Shown one piece after another: positions 1-12,660 of a DNA stretch of 64,000 nucleotides; position 1 is the stretch's first letter, and the number at the start of each line of letters is the position of its first letter. The stretch is taken from the NCBI GenBank assembly GCA_026770705.1, contig JANJGN010000021.1, positions 88,412,001 through 88,476,000 of the forward strand, written 5' to 3'. Position numbers and translations under genes: made by a program. The stretch comes from Isurus oxyrinchus. Lineage: Eukaryota. The notes beneath the pieces are model-generated. The model was not told the origin of the DNA. It did not search any database and was given only the letters and a program-made list of their open reading frames with translations.

Positions 1-3000
1 CAGTCGGGAGATTGAAAACAGCACGAGAGGAGTCAGTCGGGAGATTGAAAACAGCATGAGAGGAGAGTCAGTCGGGAGATTGAAAACAGCACGACAGGAG
101 AGATGATTGGCAGATTGAAAACATCACGACAGGAGAGGTGATTGGCAGATTAAAAATAGCGCGACAGGAGAGTCAGTCGGGAGATTGAAAACAACGCGAG
201 AGGAGAGTCAGTTGGCAGATTAAAACAGCGCGAGAAGAGAGTCAGTCGGGAGATTGAAAACAGCTCGAGAGGAGAGGTGATTGGGAGATTGAAAATAGGG
301 CGAGAGGAGAGTCAGTCGGGAGATTCAAAGCAGTGCGAGAGGAGAGGTGATTGGGAGATTGAAAGCAGCACAAGAGGAGAGTCAGTCAGGAGATTGAAAA
401 CAGTGCGACAGGAGAGGTGTTTGCTAGATTCAAAACAGCGCGAGAGGAGAGTCAGTCGGGAGATGGAAAACAGCGCAAGAGGAGAGTCAGTCGGGAGATG
501 GAAAACAGCACGAGAGGAGAGTCAGTCGGGAGATTGTAAACAATGCGAGAGGAGAGTCACACGGGAGATTGAAAACAGTGTGAGAGGAGAGTCAGTCGGG
601 AGATTGAAAACAGCGTGAGAGGAGAGTCAGTCAGGACATTGAAAACAGCGTGAGAGGAGAGTCAGTTGGGAAACTGAAAATAGCGTGAGAGGAGAGTCAG
701 TCGGGAGATTGAAAACAGCGTGAGAGGAGAGTCAGTCGGGAGATTGAAAACAGCGTGAGAGGAGAGTCAGTTGGGAGTTTGAAAACAGCTTGAGAGGAGA
801 GGTGATTGGGAGATTGAAAACAGCGTCAGAAGAGAGTCAGTTTGGAGATTGAAAACAGCGCGAGAGGAGATTCAGTCGGGAGATTGAAAACAGCTCGAGA
901 GGAGACGTGATTGGGAGATTGAAAATAGGGCGAGAGGAGAGTCAGTCGGGAGATTCAAAGCAGTGCGAGAGGAGAGGTGATTGGGAGATTGAAAGCAGCA
1001 CGAGAGGAGAGTCAGTCGGGAGATTGAAAACAGCGCAAGAAGAGATTCAGTCGGGAGATTGAAAACAGCGTGATAGGAGAGTCAGTCGGGAGATGGAAAA
1101 CAGCGCAAGAGGAGAGGTGATTGGGAGATTGAAAACAGCACGAGAGGAGAGTCAGTCGGGAGATTGAAAACAGCGCAAGAGGGTAGTCAGTCGGGAGATT
1201 GAAAACAGCACGAGAGGAGAAGCGATTGTGAGATTGAAAACAGTGCGAGAGAAGAGGTGAATAGGAGCTTGAAAACAGCGTGTGAGGAGAGTCAGTCGCG
1301 AGGTTGAAAACAGCGCGAGAGGAGTCAGTCGGGAGATTGAAAACAGTGCGAGAGGAGAGTCAGTCGGGAGATTGATAACATCACGACAGGAGAGGTGATT
1401 GGCAGATTGAAAACAGCGCGAGAGGAGAGGTTATGGAGATTAAAAACAGCGCGACAGGAGAGTCAGTCGGGAGATTGAAAATAGCTCGAGAGGAGTGTCA
1501 GTCGGGAGATTGAAAACAGCACAAGAGGAGAGTCAGTCGGGAGATTGAAAACAACGCGAGAGGAGAGTCAGTTGGCAGATTAAAACAGCGCGAGAAGAGA
1601 GTCAGTCGGGAGATTGAAAACAGCATCAGAAGAGAGTCAGTCTGGAGATTGAAAACAGCTCGAGAGGAGAGGCGATTGGGAGATTGAAAATAGGGCGAGA
1701 GGAGAGTCAGTCGGGAGATTCAAAGCAGTGCGAGAGGAGAGGTGATTGGGAGATTGAAAGCAGCACGAGAGGAGAGTCAGTCGGGAGATTGAAAACAGCG
1801 CGAGAAGAGATTCAGTCGGGAGATTGAAAACAGCGTGATAGGAGAGTCAGTCGGGAGATGGAAAACAGCGCAAGAGGAGAGGTGATTGGGAGATTGAAAA
1901 CAGCACGAGAGGAGAGTCAGTCGGGAGATTGAAAACAGCGCAAGAGGGTAGTCAGTCGGGAGATTGAAAACAGCACGAGAGGAGAAGCGATTGTGAGATT
2001 GAAAACAGTGCGAGAGAAGAGGTGAATGGGAGCTTGAAAACAGCGTGTGAGGAGAGTCAGTCGCGAGGTTGAAAACAGCACGAGAGGAGATTCAGTCGGG
2101 AGATTGAAAACAGCTCGAGAGGAGAGGTGATTGGGAGATTGAAAATAGGGCGAGAGGACAGTCAGTCGGGAGATTCAAAGCAGCGCGAGAGGAGAGGTGA
2201 TTGGGAGATTGAAAACAGCGTGATAGGAGAGTCAGTCGGGAGATTGAAAACAGCATGATAGGAGAGTCAGTCGGGAGATGGAAAACAGCGCAAGAGGAGA
2301 GTCAGTCGGGAGATGGAAAACAGCGCAAGAGGAGAGTCAGTCGGGAGATTGAAAACAGCGCAAGAGGAGAGTCAGTCGTGAGATTGAAAACAGCGCAAGA
2401 AGACAGTCAGTCGGGAGATGGAAAACAGCATGAGAGGAGCGGTGATTGCGAGATTGAAAACAGCGCGAGAGGAGAGGCGATTGTGAGATTGAAAACAGAG
2501 TGTGAGGAGAGTCAGTCGGGAGATTGAAAACAGTGTGAGAGGAGAGGTGATTGGGTGATTGAAAATAGGGTGAGAGGAGAGGTGATTGGGAGATTGAAAA
2601 CAGCACGAGAGGAGAGGCGATTGTGAGATTGAAAACAGTGCGAGAGGAGAGGTGAATGGGAGCTTGAAAACAGCGCGAGAGGAGAGTCAGTCGGGAGACT
2701 GAAAATAGCGCGAGAAGATAGTCAGTCGGGAGATTGAAAACAACGCGAGAGGAGAGTCAGTCGAGAGATTGAAAACAGCCTGAGAGGAGAGTCAGTCGGG
2801 AGATTGAAAACAGCGCAAGAGGAGAGTCAGTCAGGAGATCTGAAACAGCGCGAGAGGAGAGGTTTTTGGGAGATTGAAAACAGCGCAAGAGGAGAGTCAG
2901 TCAGGAGATCTGAAACAGCGCGAGAGGAGAGGTTTTTGGGAGATTGAAAACAGCGCGAGAGGAGAGTCAGTCGGGAGATTGAAAACAGCGCAAGAAGACA

Positions 3001-6000
3001 GTCAGTCGGGAGATTGAAAACAGCACGAGAGGAGAGGCGATTGTGAGATTGAAAACAGTGCGAGAGGAGAGGTGAATGGGAGCTTGAAAACAGCGTGTGA
3101 GGAGAGTCAGTCGCGAGGTTGAAAACAGCACGAGAGGAGATTCAGTCGGGAGATTGAAAACAGCGCGAGAGGAGAGGTGATTGGGAGATTGAAAATAGGG
3201 CGAGAGGAGAGTCAGTCGGGAGATTCAAAGCAGTGCGAGAGGAGAGGTGATTGGGAGATTGAAAACAGCACGAGAGGAGAGTCAGTCAGGAGATTGAAAA
3301 CAGCGCGAGAGGAGAGTCAGTCGGGAGATGGAAAACAGCGCGAGAGGAGTCAGTCGGGAGATTGAAAACAGTGCGAGAGGAGAGTCAGTCGGGAGATTGA
3401 TAACATCACGACAGGAGAGGTGATTGGCAGATTGAAAACAGCGCGAGAGGAGAGGTTATGGAGATTAAAAACAGCGCGACAGGAGAGTCAGTCGGGAGAT
3501 TGAAAATAGCTCGAGAGGAGTGTCAGTCGGGAGATTGAAAACAGCACAAGAGGAGAGTCAGTCGGGAGATTGAAAACAACGCGAGAGGAGAGTCAGTTGG
3601 CAGATTAAAACAGCGCGAGAAGAGAGTCAGTCGGGAGATTGAAAACAGCATCAGAAGAGAGTCAGTCTGGAGATTGAAAACAGCTCGAGAGGAGAGGCGA
3701 TTGGGAGATTGAAAATAGGGCGAGAGGAGAGTCAGTCGGGAGATTCAAAGCAGTGCGAGAGGAGAGGTGATTGGGAGATTGAAAACAGCACGAGAGGAGA
3801 GTCAGTCAGGAGATTGAAAACAGCGCGAGAGGAGAGTCAGTCGGGAGATTGAAAACAGCGCGAGAGGAGTCAGTCGGGAGATTGAAAACAGTGCGAGAGG
3901 AGAGTCAGTCGGGAGATTGATAACATCACGACAGGAGAGGTGATTGGCAGATTGAAAACAGCGCGAGAGGAGAGGTTATGGAGATTAAAAACAGCGCGAC
4001 AGGAGAGTCAGTCGGGAGATTGAAAATAGCTCGAGAGGAGTGTCAGTCGGGAGATTGAAAACAGCACAAGAGGAGAGTCAGTCGGGAGATTGAAAACAAC
4101 GCGAGAGGAGATTCAGTTGGCAGATTAAAACAGCGCGAGAAGAGAGTCAGTCGGGAGATTGAAAACAGCATCAGAAGAGAGTCAGTCTGGAGATTGAAAA
4201 CAGCTCGAGAGGAGAGGCGATTGGGAGATTGAAAATAGGGCGAGAGGAGAGTCAGTCAGGAGATTCAAAGCAGTGCGAGAGGAGAGGTGATTGGGAGATT
4301 GAAAGCAGCACGAGAGGAGAGTCAGTCAGGAGATTGAAAGCAGCACGAGAGGATAGACAGTCGGGAGATTGAAAACAGCACGAGAGGAGAGGCGATTGCG
4401 AGATTGAAAACAGCGCGAGAGGAGAGTCAGTCGGGAGATGGAAAACAGCGCAAGAAGAGAGTCAGTTGGGAGATTGAAAACAGCGCGAGAAGAGAGGCGA
4501 TTGGGAGATTGAAAACAGCGCGAGAGGAGAGTCAGTCGGGAGACTGAAAACAGCGCGAGAGGAGAGTCAGTCGGGAGATTGAAAACAGCACGAGAGGAGT
4601 CAGTCGGGAGATTGAAAACAGCATGAGAGGAGAGTCAGTCGGGAGATTGAAAACAGCACGACAGGAGAGATGATTGGCAGATTGAAAACATCACGACAGG
4701 AGAGGTGATTGGCAGATTAAAAGCAGCGCGACAGGAGAGTCAGTCGGGAGATTGAAAACAACGCGAGAGGAGAGTCAGTTGGCAGATTAAAACAGCGCGA
4801 GAAGAGAGTCAGTCGGGAGATTGAAAACAGCTCGAGAGGAGAGGTGATTGGGAGATTGAAAATAGGGCGAGAGGAGAGTCAGTCGGGAGATTCAAAGCAG
4901 TGCGAGAGGAGAGGTGATTGGGAGATTGAAAGCAGCACAAGAGGAGAGTCAGTCAGGAGATTGAAAACAGTGCGACAGGAGAGGTGTTTGCTAGATTCAA
5001 AACAGCGCGAGAGGAGAGTCAGTCGGGAGATGGAAAACAGCGCAAGAGGAGAGTCAGTCGGGAGATGGAAAACAGCACGAGAGGAGAGTCAGTCGGGAGA
5101 TTGTAAACAATGCGAGAGGAGAGTCACACGGGAGATTGAAAACAGTGTGAGAGGAGAGTCAGTCGGGAGATTGAAAACAGCGTGAGAGGAGATTCAGTCA
5201 GGACATTGAAAACAGCGTGAGAGGAGAGTCAGTTGGGAAACTGAAAATAGCGTGAGAGGAGAGTCAGTCGGGAGATTGAAAACAGCGTGAGAGGAGAGTC
5301 AGTCGGGAGATTGAAAACAGCGTGAGAGGAGAGTCAGTTGGGAGTTTGAAAACAGCTTGAGAGGAGAGGTGATTGGGAGATTGAAAACAGCGTCAGAAGA
5401 GAGTCAGTTTGGAGATTGAAAACAGCGCGAGAGGAGATTCAGTCGGGAGATTGAAAACAGCTCGAGAGGAGACGTGATTGGGAGATTGAAAATAGGGCGA
5501 GAGGAGAGTCAGTCGGGAGATTCAAAGCAGTGCGAGAGGAGAGGTGATTGGGAGATTGAAAGCAGCACGAGAGGAGAGTCAGTCGGGAGATTGAAAACAG
5601 CGCAAGAAGAGATTCAGTCGGGAGATTGAAAACAGCGTGATAGGAGAGTCAGTCGGGAGATGGAAAACAGCGCAAGAGGAGAGGTGATTGGGAGATTGAA
5701 AACAGCACGAGAGGAGAGTCAGTCGGGAGATTGAAAACAGCGCAAGAGGGTAGTCAGTCGGGAGATTGAAAACAGCACGAGAGGAGAAGCGATTGTGAGA
5801 TTGAAAACAGTGCGAGAGAAGAGGTGAATAGGAGCTTGAAAACAGCGTGTGAGGAGAGTCAGTCGCGAGGTTGAAAACAGCGCGAGAGGAGTCAGTCGGG
5901 AGATTGAAAACAGTGCGAGAGGAGAGTCAGTCGGGAGATTGATAACATCACGACAGGAGAGGTGATTGGCAGATTGAAAACAGCGCGAGAGGAGAGGTTA

Positions 6001-9000
6001 TGGAGATTAAAAACAGCGCGCCAGGAGAGTCAGTCGGGAGATTGAAAATAGCTCGAGAGGAGTGTCAGTCGGGAGATTGAAAACAGCACAAGAGGAGAGT
6101 CAGTCGGGAGATTGAAAACAACGCGAGAGGAGAGTCAGTTGGCAGATTAAAACAGCGCGAGAAGAGAGTCAGTCGGGAGATTGAAAACAGCATCAGAAGA
6201 GAGTCAGTCTGGAGATTGAAAACAGCTCGAGAGGAGAGGCGATTGGGAGATTGAAAATAGGGCGAGAGGAGAGTCAGTCGGGAGATTCAAAGCAGTGCGA
6301 GAGGAGAGGTGATTGGGAGATTGAAAGCAGCACGAGAGGAGAGTCAGTCGGGAGATTGAAAACAGCGCGAGAAGAGATTCAGTCGGGAGATTGAAAACAG
6401 CGTGATAGGAGAGTCAGTCGGGAGATGGAAAACAGCGCAAGAGGAGAGGTGATTGGGAGATTGAAAACAGCACGAGAGGAGAGTCAGTCGGGAGATTGAA
6501 AACAGCGCAAGAGGGTAGTCAGTCGGGAGATTGAAAACAGCACGAGAGGAGAAGCGATTGTGAGATTGAAAACAGTGCGAGAGAAGAGGTGAATGGGAGC
6601 TTGAAAACAGCGTGTGAGGAGAGTCAGTCGCGAGGTTGAAAACAGCACGAGAGGAGATTCAGTCGGGAGATTGAAAACAGCTCGAGAGGAGAGGTGATTG
6701 GGAGATTGAAAATAGGGCGAGAGGACAGTCAGTCGGGAGATTCAAAGCAGCGCGAGAGGAGAGGTGATTGGGAGATTGAAAACAGCGTGATAGGAGAGTC
6801 AGTCGGGAGATTGAAAACAGCATGATAGGAGAGTCAGTCGGGAGATGGAAAACAGCGCAAGAGGAGAGTCAGTCGGGAGATGGAAAACAGCGCAAGAGGA
6901 GAGTCAGTCGGGAGATTGAAAACAGCGCAAGAGGAGAGTCAGTCGTGAGATTGAAAACAGCGCAAGAAGACAGTCAGTCGGGAGATGGAAAACAGCATGA
7001 GAGGAGCGGTGATTGCGAGATTGAAAACAGCGCGAGAGGAGAGGCGATTGTGAGATTGAAAACAGAGTGTGAGGAGAGTCAGTCGGGAGATTGAAAACAG
7101 TGTGAGAGGAGAGGTGATTGGGTGATTGAAAATAGGGTGAGAGGAGAGGTGATTGGGAGATTGAAAACAGCACGAGAGGAGAGGCGATTGTGAGATTGAA
7201 AACAGTGCGAGAGGAGAGGTGAATGGGAGCTTGAAAACAGCGCGAGAGGAGAGTCAGTCGGGAGACTGAAAATAGCGCGAGAAGATAGTCAGTCGGGAGA
7301 TTGAAAACAACGCGAGAGGAGAGTCAGTCGAGAGATTGAAAACAGCCTGAGAGGAGAGTCAGTCGGGAGATTGAAAACAGCGCAAGAGGAGAGTCAGTCA
7401 GGAGATCTGAAACAGCGCGAGAGGAGAGGTTTTTGGGAGATTGAAAACAGCGCAAGAGGAGAGTCAGTCAGGAGATCTGAAACAGCGCGAGAGGAGAGGT
7501 TTTTGGGAGATTGAAAACAGCGCGAGAGGAGAGTCAGTCGGGAGATTGAAAACAGCGCAAGAAGACAGTCAGTCGGGAGATTGAAAACAGCACGAGAGGA
7601 GAGGCGATTGTGAGATTGAAAACAGTGCGAGAGGAGAGGTGAATGGGAGCTTGAAAACAGCGTGTGAGGAGAGTCAGTCGCGAGGTTGAAAACAGCACGA
7701 GAGGAGATTCAGTCGGGAGATTGAAAACAGCGCGAGAGGAGAGGTGATTGGGAGATTGAAAATAGGGCGAGAGGAGAGTCAGTCGGGAGATTCAAAGCAG
7801 TGCGAGAGGAGAGGTGATTGGGAGATTGAAAACAGCACGAGAGGAGAGTCAGTCAGGAGATTGAAAACAGCGCGAGAGGAGAGTCAGTCGGGAGATGGAA
7901 AACAGCGCGAGAGGAGTCAGTCGGGAGATTGAAAACAGTGCGAGAGGAGAGTCAGTCGGGAGATTGATAACATCACGACAGGAGAGGTGATTGGCAGATT
8001 GAAAACAGCGCGAGAGGAGAGGTTATGGAGATTAAAAACAGCGCGACAGGAGAGTCAGTCGGGAGATTGAAAATAGCTCGAGAGGAGTGTCAGTCGGGAG
8101 ATTGAAAACAGCACAAGAGGAGAGTCAGTCGGGAGATTGAAAACAACGCGAGAGGAGAGTCAGTTGGCAGATTAAAACAGCGCGAGAAGAGAGTCAGTCG
8201 GGAGATTGAAAACAGCATCAGAAGAGAGTCAGTCTGGAGATTGAAAACAGCTCGAGAGGAGAGGCGATTGGGAGATTGAAAATAGGGCGAGAGGAGAGTC
8301 AGTCGGGAGATTCAAAGCAGTGCGAGAGGAGAGGTGATTGGGAGATTGAAAACAGCACGAGAGGAGAGTCAGTCAGGAGATTGAAAACAGCGCGAGAGGA
8401 GAGTCAGTCGGGAGATGGAAAACAGCGCGAGAGGAGAGTCAGTCAGGAGATTGAAAACAGCGCGAGAGGAGTCAGTCGGGAGATTGAAAACAGCACGAGA
8501 GGAGAGTCAGTCGGGTGATTGATAACATCACGACAGGAGAGGTGATTGGCAGATTGAAAACAGCGCGAGAGGAGAGGTTATGGAGATTAAAAACAGCGCG
8601 ACAGGAGAGTCAGTCGGGAGATTGAAAATAGCTCGAGAGGAGTGTCAGTCGGGAGATTGAAAACAGCACAAGAGGAGAGTCAGTCGGGAGATTGAAAACA
8701 ACGCGAGAGGAGAGTCAGTTGGCAGATTAAAACAGCGCGAGAAGAGAGTCAGTCTGGAGATTGAAAACAGCTCGAGAGGAGAGGCGATTGGGAGATTGAA
8801 AATAGGGCGAGAGGAGAGTCAGTCGGGAGATTCAAAGCAGTGCGAGAGGAGAGGTGATTGGGAGATTGAAAGCAGCACGAGAGGAGAGTCAGTCGGGAGA
8901 TTGAAAACAGCGCGAGAAGAGATTCAGTCGGGAGATTGAAAACAGCGTGATAGGAGAGTCAGTCGGGAGATGGAAAACAGCGCAAGAGGAGAGGTGATTG

Positions 9001-12000
9001 GGAGATTGAAAACAGCACGAGAGGAGAGTCAGTCAGGAGATTGAAAACAGCGCAAGAGGATAGTCAGTCGGGAGATTGAAAACAGCACGAGAGGAGAAGC
9101 GATTGTGAGATTGAAAACAGTGCGAGAGAAGAGGTGAATGGGAGCTTGAAAACAGCGTGTGAGGAGAGTCAGTCGCGAGGTTGAAAACAGCACGAGAGGA
9201 GAATTAGTCGGGAGATTGAAAACAGCTCGAGAGGAGAGGTGATTGGGAGATTGAAAATAGGGCGAGAGGACAGTCAGTCGGGAGATTCAAAGCAGCGCGA
9301 GAGGAGAGGTGATTGGGAGATTGAAAGCAGCGCGAGTGGAGAGTCAGTCGGGAGATTTGAAACAACGCGAGAGGAGAGGTGTTTGGGAGATTGAAAACAG
9401 CGCGAGAGGAGAGTCACTCGGGAGATTGAAAACAGTGCAAGAAGATAGTCAGTCGGGAGATGGAAAACAGCATGAGAGGAGAGGTGATTGCGAGATTGAA
9501 AACAGCGGGAGAGGAGAGTCAGTCGGGAGATGGAAAACAGCGCAAGAGGAGAGTCGGTCGGGAGATGGAAAACAGCGCAAGAGTAGAGTCAGTCGTGAGA
9601 TTGAAAACAGCACGAGAGGAGAGTCAGTCGGGAGATTGAAAACAGCGTGATAGGAGAGTCAGTCGGGAGATTGAAAACAGCATGATAGGAGAGTCAGTCG
9701 GGAGATGGAAAACAGCGCAAGAGGAGAGTCAGTCGGGAGATGGAAAACAGCGCAAGAGGAGAGTCAGTCGGGAGATTGAAAACAGCGCAAGAGGAGAGTC
9801 AGTCGTGAGATTGAAAACAGCGCAAGAAGACAGTCAGTCGGGAGATGGAAAACAGCATGAGAGGAGTGGTGATTGCGAGATTGAAAACAGCGCGAGAGGA
9901 GAGGTGATTGGGAGATTGAAAACAGAGTGTGAGGAGAGTCTGTCGGGAGATTGAAAACAGTGTGAGAGGAGAGGTGATTGGGTGATTGAAAATAGGGTGA
10001 GAGGAGAGGTGATTGGGAGATTGAAAACAGCACGAGAGGAGAGGCGATTGTGAGATTGAAAACAGTGCGAGAGGAGAGGTGAATCGGAGCTTGAAAACAG
10101 CGCGAGAGGAGAGTCAGTCGGGAGACTGAAAATAGCGCGAGAAGATAGTCAGTCGGGAGATTGAAAACAACACGAGAGGAGAGTCAGTCGAGAGATTGAA
10201 AACAGCCTGAGAGGAGAGTCAGTCGGGAGATTGAAAACAGCGCGAGAGGAGAGTCAGTCAGGAGATCTGAAACAGCGCGAGAGGAGAGGTTTTTGGGAGA
10301 TTGAAAACAGCGCGAGAGGAGAGGTTTTTGGGAGATTGAAAACAGCGCGAGAGGAGAGTCAGTCAGGAGATTGAAAACAGCGTGAGAGGAGAGTCAGTCG
10401 GGAGATTGAAAACAGCGCAAGAAGATAGTCAGTCGGGAGATAGAAAACAGCACGAGAGGAGAGGTGATTGCGAGATTGAAAACAGTGCGAGAGGAGAGGT
10501 GATTGGGAGATTGAAAGCAGCGCGAGAGGAGAGTCCGTCGGGAGATTGAAAACAGCCTGAGAAGATAGTCAGTCGGGAGATGGAAAACAGCATGAGAGTA
10601 GAGGTGATTCCGAGACTGAAAACAGCGTGTGAGGCGAGTCCGTCAAGAGATTTAAAAGAGCGCGAGAGGAGAGGTGATTGGGAGATTGAAAACAGCGTGA
10701 AAGGAGAGTCAGTCGGGAGATTGAAAACAGCGCGAGATGAAAGTCAGTCAGGAGATTGAAAACAGCGCGAGAGGAGAGGTGATTGGGAGATTGAAAACAG
10801 CCTGAGAAGAGAGTCAGTCGGGAGATTGAAAACAGCGCGAGAGGAGAGGTTATGGAGATTAAAAGCAGTGCGACAGGAGAGTCAGTCGGGAGATTGAAAA
10901 CAGCATGAGAGGAGAGTCAGTTGGCAGATTAAAACAGCGCGAGAAGAGAGTCAGTCTGGAGATTGAAAACAGCGCGAGAGGAGAGGTGATTGGGAGATTG
11001 AAAATAGGGCGAGAGGAGAGTCAGTCGGGAGATTCAAAGCAGTGCGAGAGGAGAGGTGATTGGGAGATTGAAAGCAGCACGAGAGGAGAGTCAGTCAGGA
11101 GATTGAAAACAGCGCGAAAGGAGAGGTGTTTGGGAGATTGAAAACAGCGCGAGAGGAGAGTCAGTCGGGAGATTGAAAACAGCGCGAGAGGAGGGTCAGT
11201 CGGGAGATTGATAACATCGCGACAGGAGAGGTGATTGGCAGATTGAAAACAGCGCGAGAGGAGAGGTGATTGGGAGATTAAAAACAGCGCGAGAGGAGTG
11301 TCAGACGGGAGATTGAAAACAACGCGAGAGGAGAGTCAGTCGGGAGATTGAAAACAGCGCGAGAGGAGTGTCAGTCGGGAGATTGAAAACAGCTTGAGAG
11401 GAGAGGTGATTGGGAGATTGAAAACAGCGCGAGAAGAGAGTCATTCTGGAGATTGAAAACAGCTCGAGAGGACAGGTGATTGGGAGATTGAAAGCAGCAC
11501 GAGAGGAGAGTCAGTCTGGGGATTGAAAACAGCGTGATAGGAGAGTCAGTCGTGAGATTGAAAACAGCGCGAGAGGAGAGTCAGTCGGGAGATTGAAAAC
11601 AGCACGAGAGGAGAGTCAGTCGGGAGATTGAAAACAATGCGAGAGGAGAGTCACACGGGAGATTGAAAACAACGCGAGAGGAGAGTCAGTCGGGAGACTG
11701 AAAACAGTGCGAGAAGATAGTCAGTCGAGAGATTGAAAACAGCCTGAGAGGAGAGTCAGTCGGGAGATTGAAAACAGCGTGAGAGGAGATTCAGTCGGGA
11801 GATTGAAAACAGCTTGAGAGGAGAGGTGATTGGGAGATTGAAAACAGCGTCAGAAGAGAGCCAGTCTGGAGATTGAAAACAGCATGAGAGGAGATTCAGT
11901 TGGGAGATTGAAAACAGCATGAGAGCAGAGTCACACGGGAGATTGAAAACAGCTCGAGAGGAGAGGTGATTGGGAGATTGAAAATAGGGCGAGAGGACAG

Positions 12001-12660
12001 TCAATCGGGAGATTCAAAGCAGCGCGAGAGGAGAGGTGATTGGGAGATTGAAAGCAGCGCGAGAGGAGAGGTGTTTGGGAGATTCAAAGCAGCGCGAGAG
12101 GAGAGTCAGTCAGGAGATTTGAAACAGCGCGAGAGGAGAGTCACTCGGGAGATGGAAAACAGCGGAAGAGGAGAGTCAGTCTGGAGATTGAAAACAGCGC
12201 GAGAGGAGAGTCAGTCGGGAGATTGAAAACAGCACGAGAGGAGAGGTGATTGCGAGATTGAAAACAGTGCGAGAGGAGAGGTGATTGGGAGATTGAAAAC
12301 AGTCCGAGAGGAGTGCCAGTCGAGAGATTGAAAACAGCTTGAGAGGAGAGTCAGTCAGGAGACTGAAAATAGCGCGAGAAGATAGTCCGTCGAGAGATTG
12401 AAAACAGCGCGAGAGGAGAGTCCATCGGGAGATTGAAAACAGCGGAGAGGACAGGTGATTGGGAGATTGAAAACAGTGCGAGAGGAGAGTCAGTCGGGAG
12501 ATTCAAAGCAGCGTGAGAGGAGAGGTGATTGGGAGATTGAAAACAGCGCGAGAGGAGAGGTTATGGAGATTAAAAACAGTGCGACAGGAGAGTCAGTAGG
12601 GAGATGGAAAACAGCGCGAGAGGAGAGTCGGTTAGGAGATTGAGAACAGCGTGAGAGGAG
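1..12660 (+). repeat. 35-bp satellite array, consensus GAGAGGAGA(GTCAGTC/GGTGATT)GGGAGATTGAAAACAGCGC; continues off the left edge
   Basis: Direct 35-bp periodicity throughout. Near-identical blocks recur at offset 4567 (e.g. 277 vs 4844, 2255 vs 6822, 3177 vs 7744). Confidence 0.98.

Noticed and set aside
277-12643. Repetitive ORFs (EESQSGD...) in the array
   Set aside because: They are by-products of translating a 35-bp repeat; stops are frequent and there is no gene structure.
1-12660. CRISPR-like repeat array
   Set aside because: There are no unique spacers; monomers are contiguous, the context is eukaryotic and there are no cas genes.
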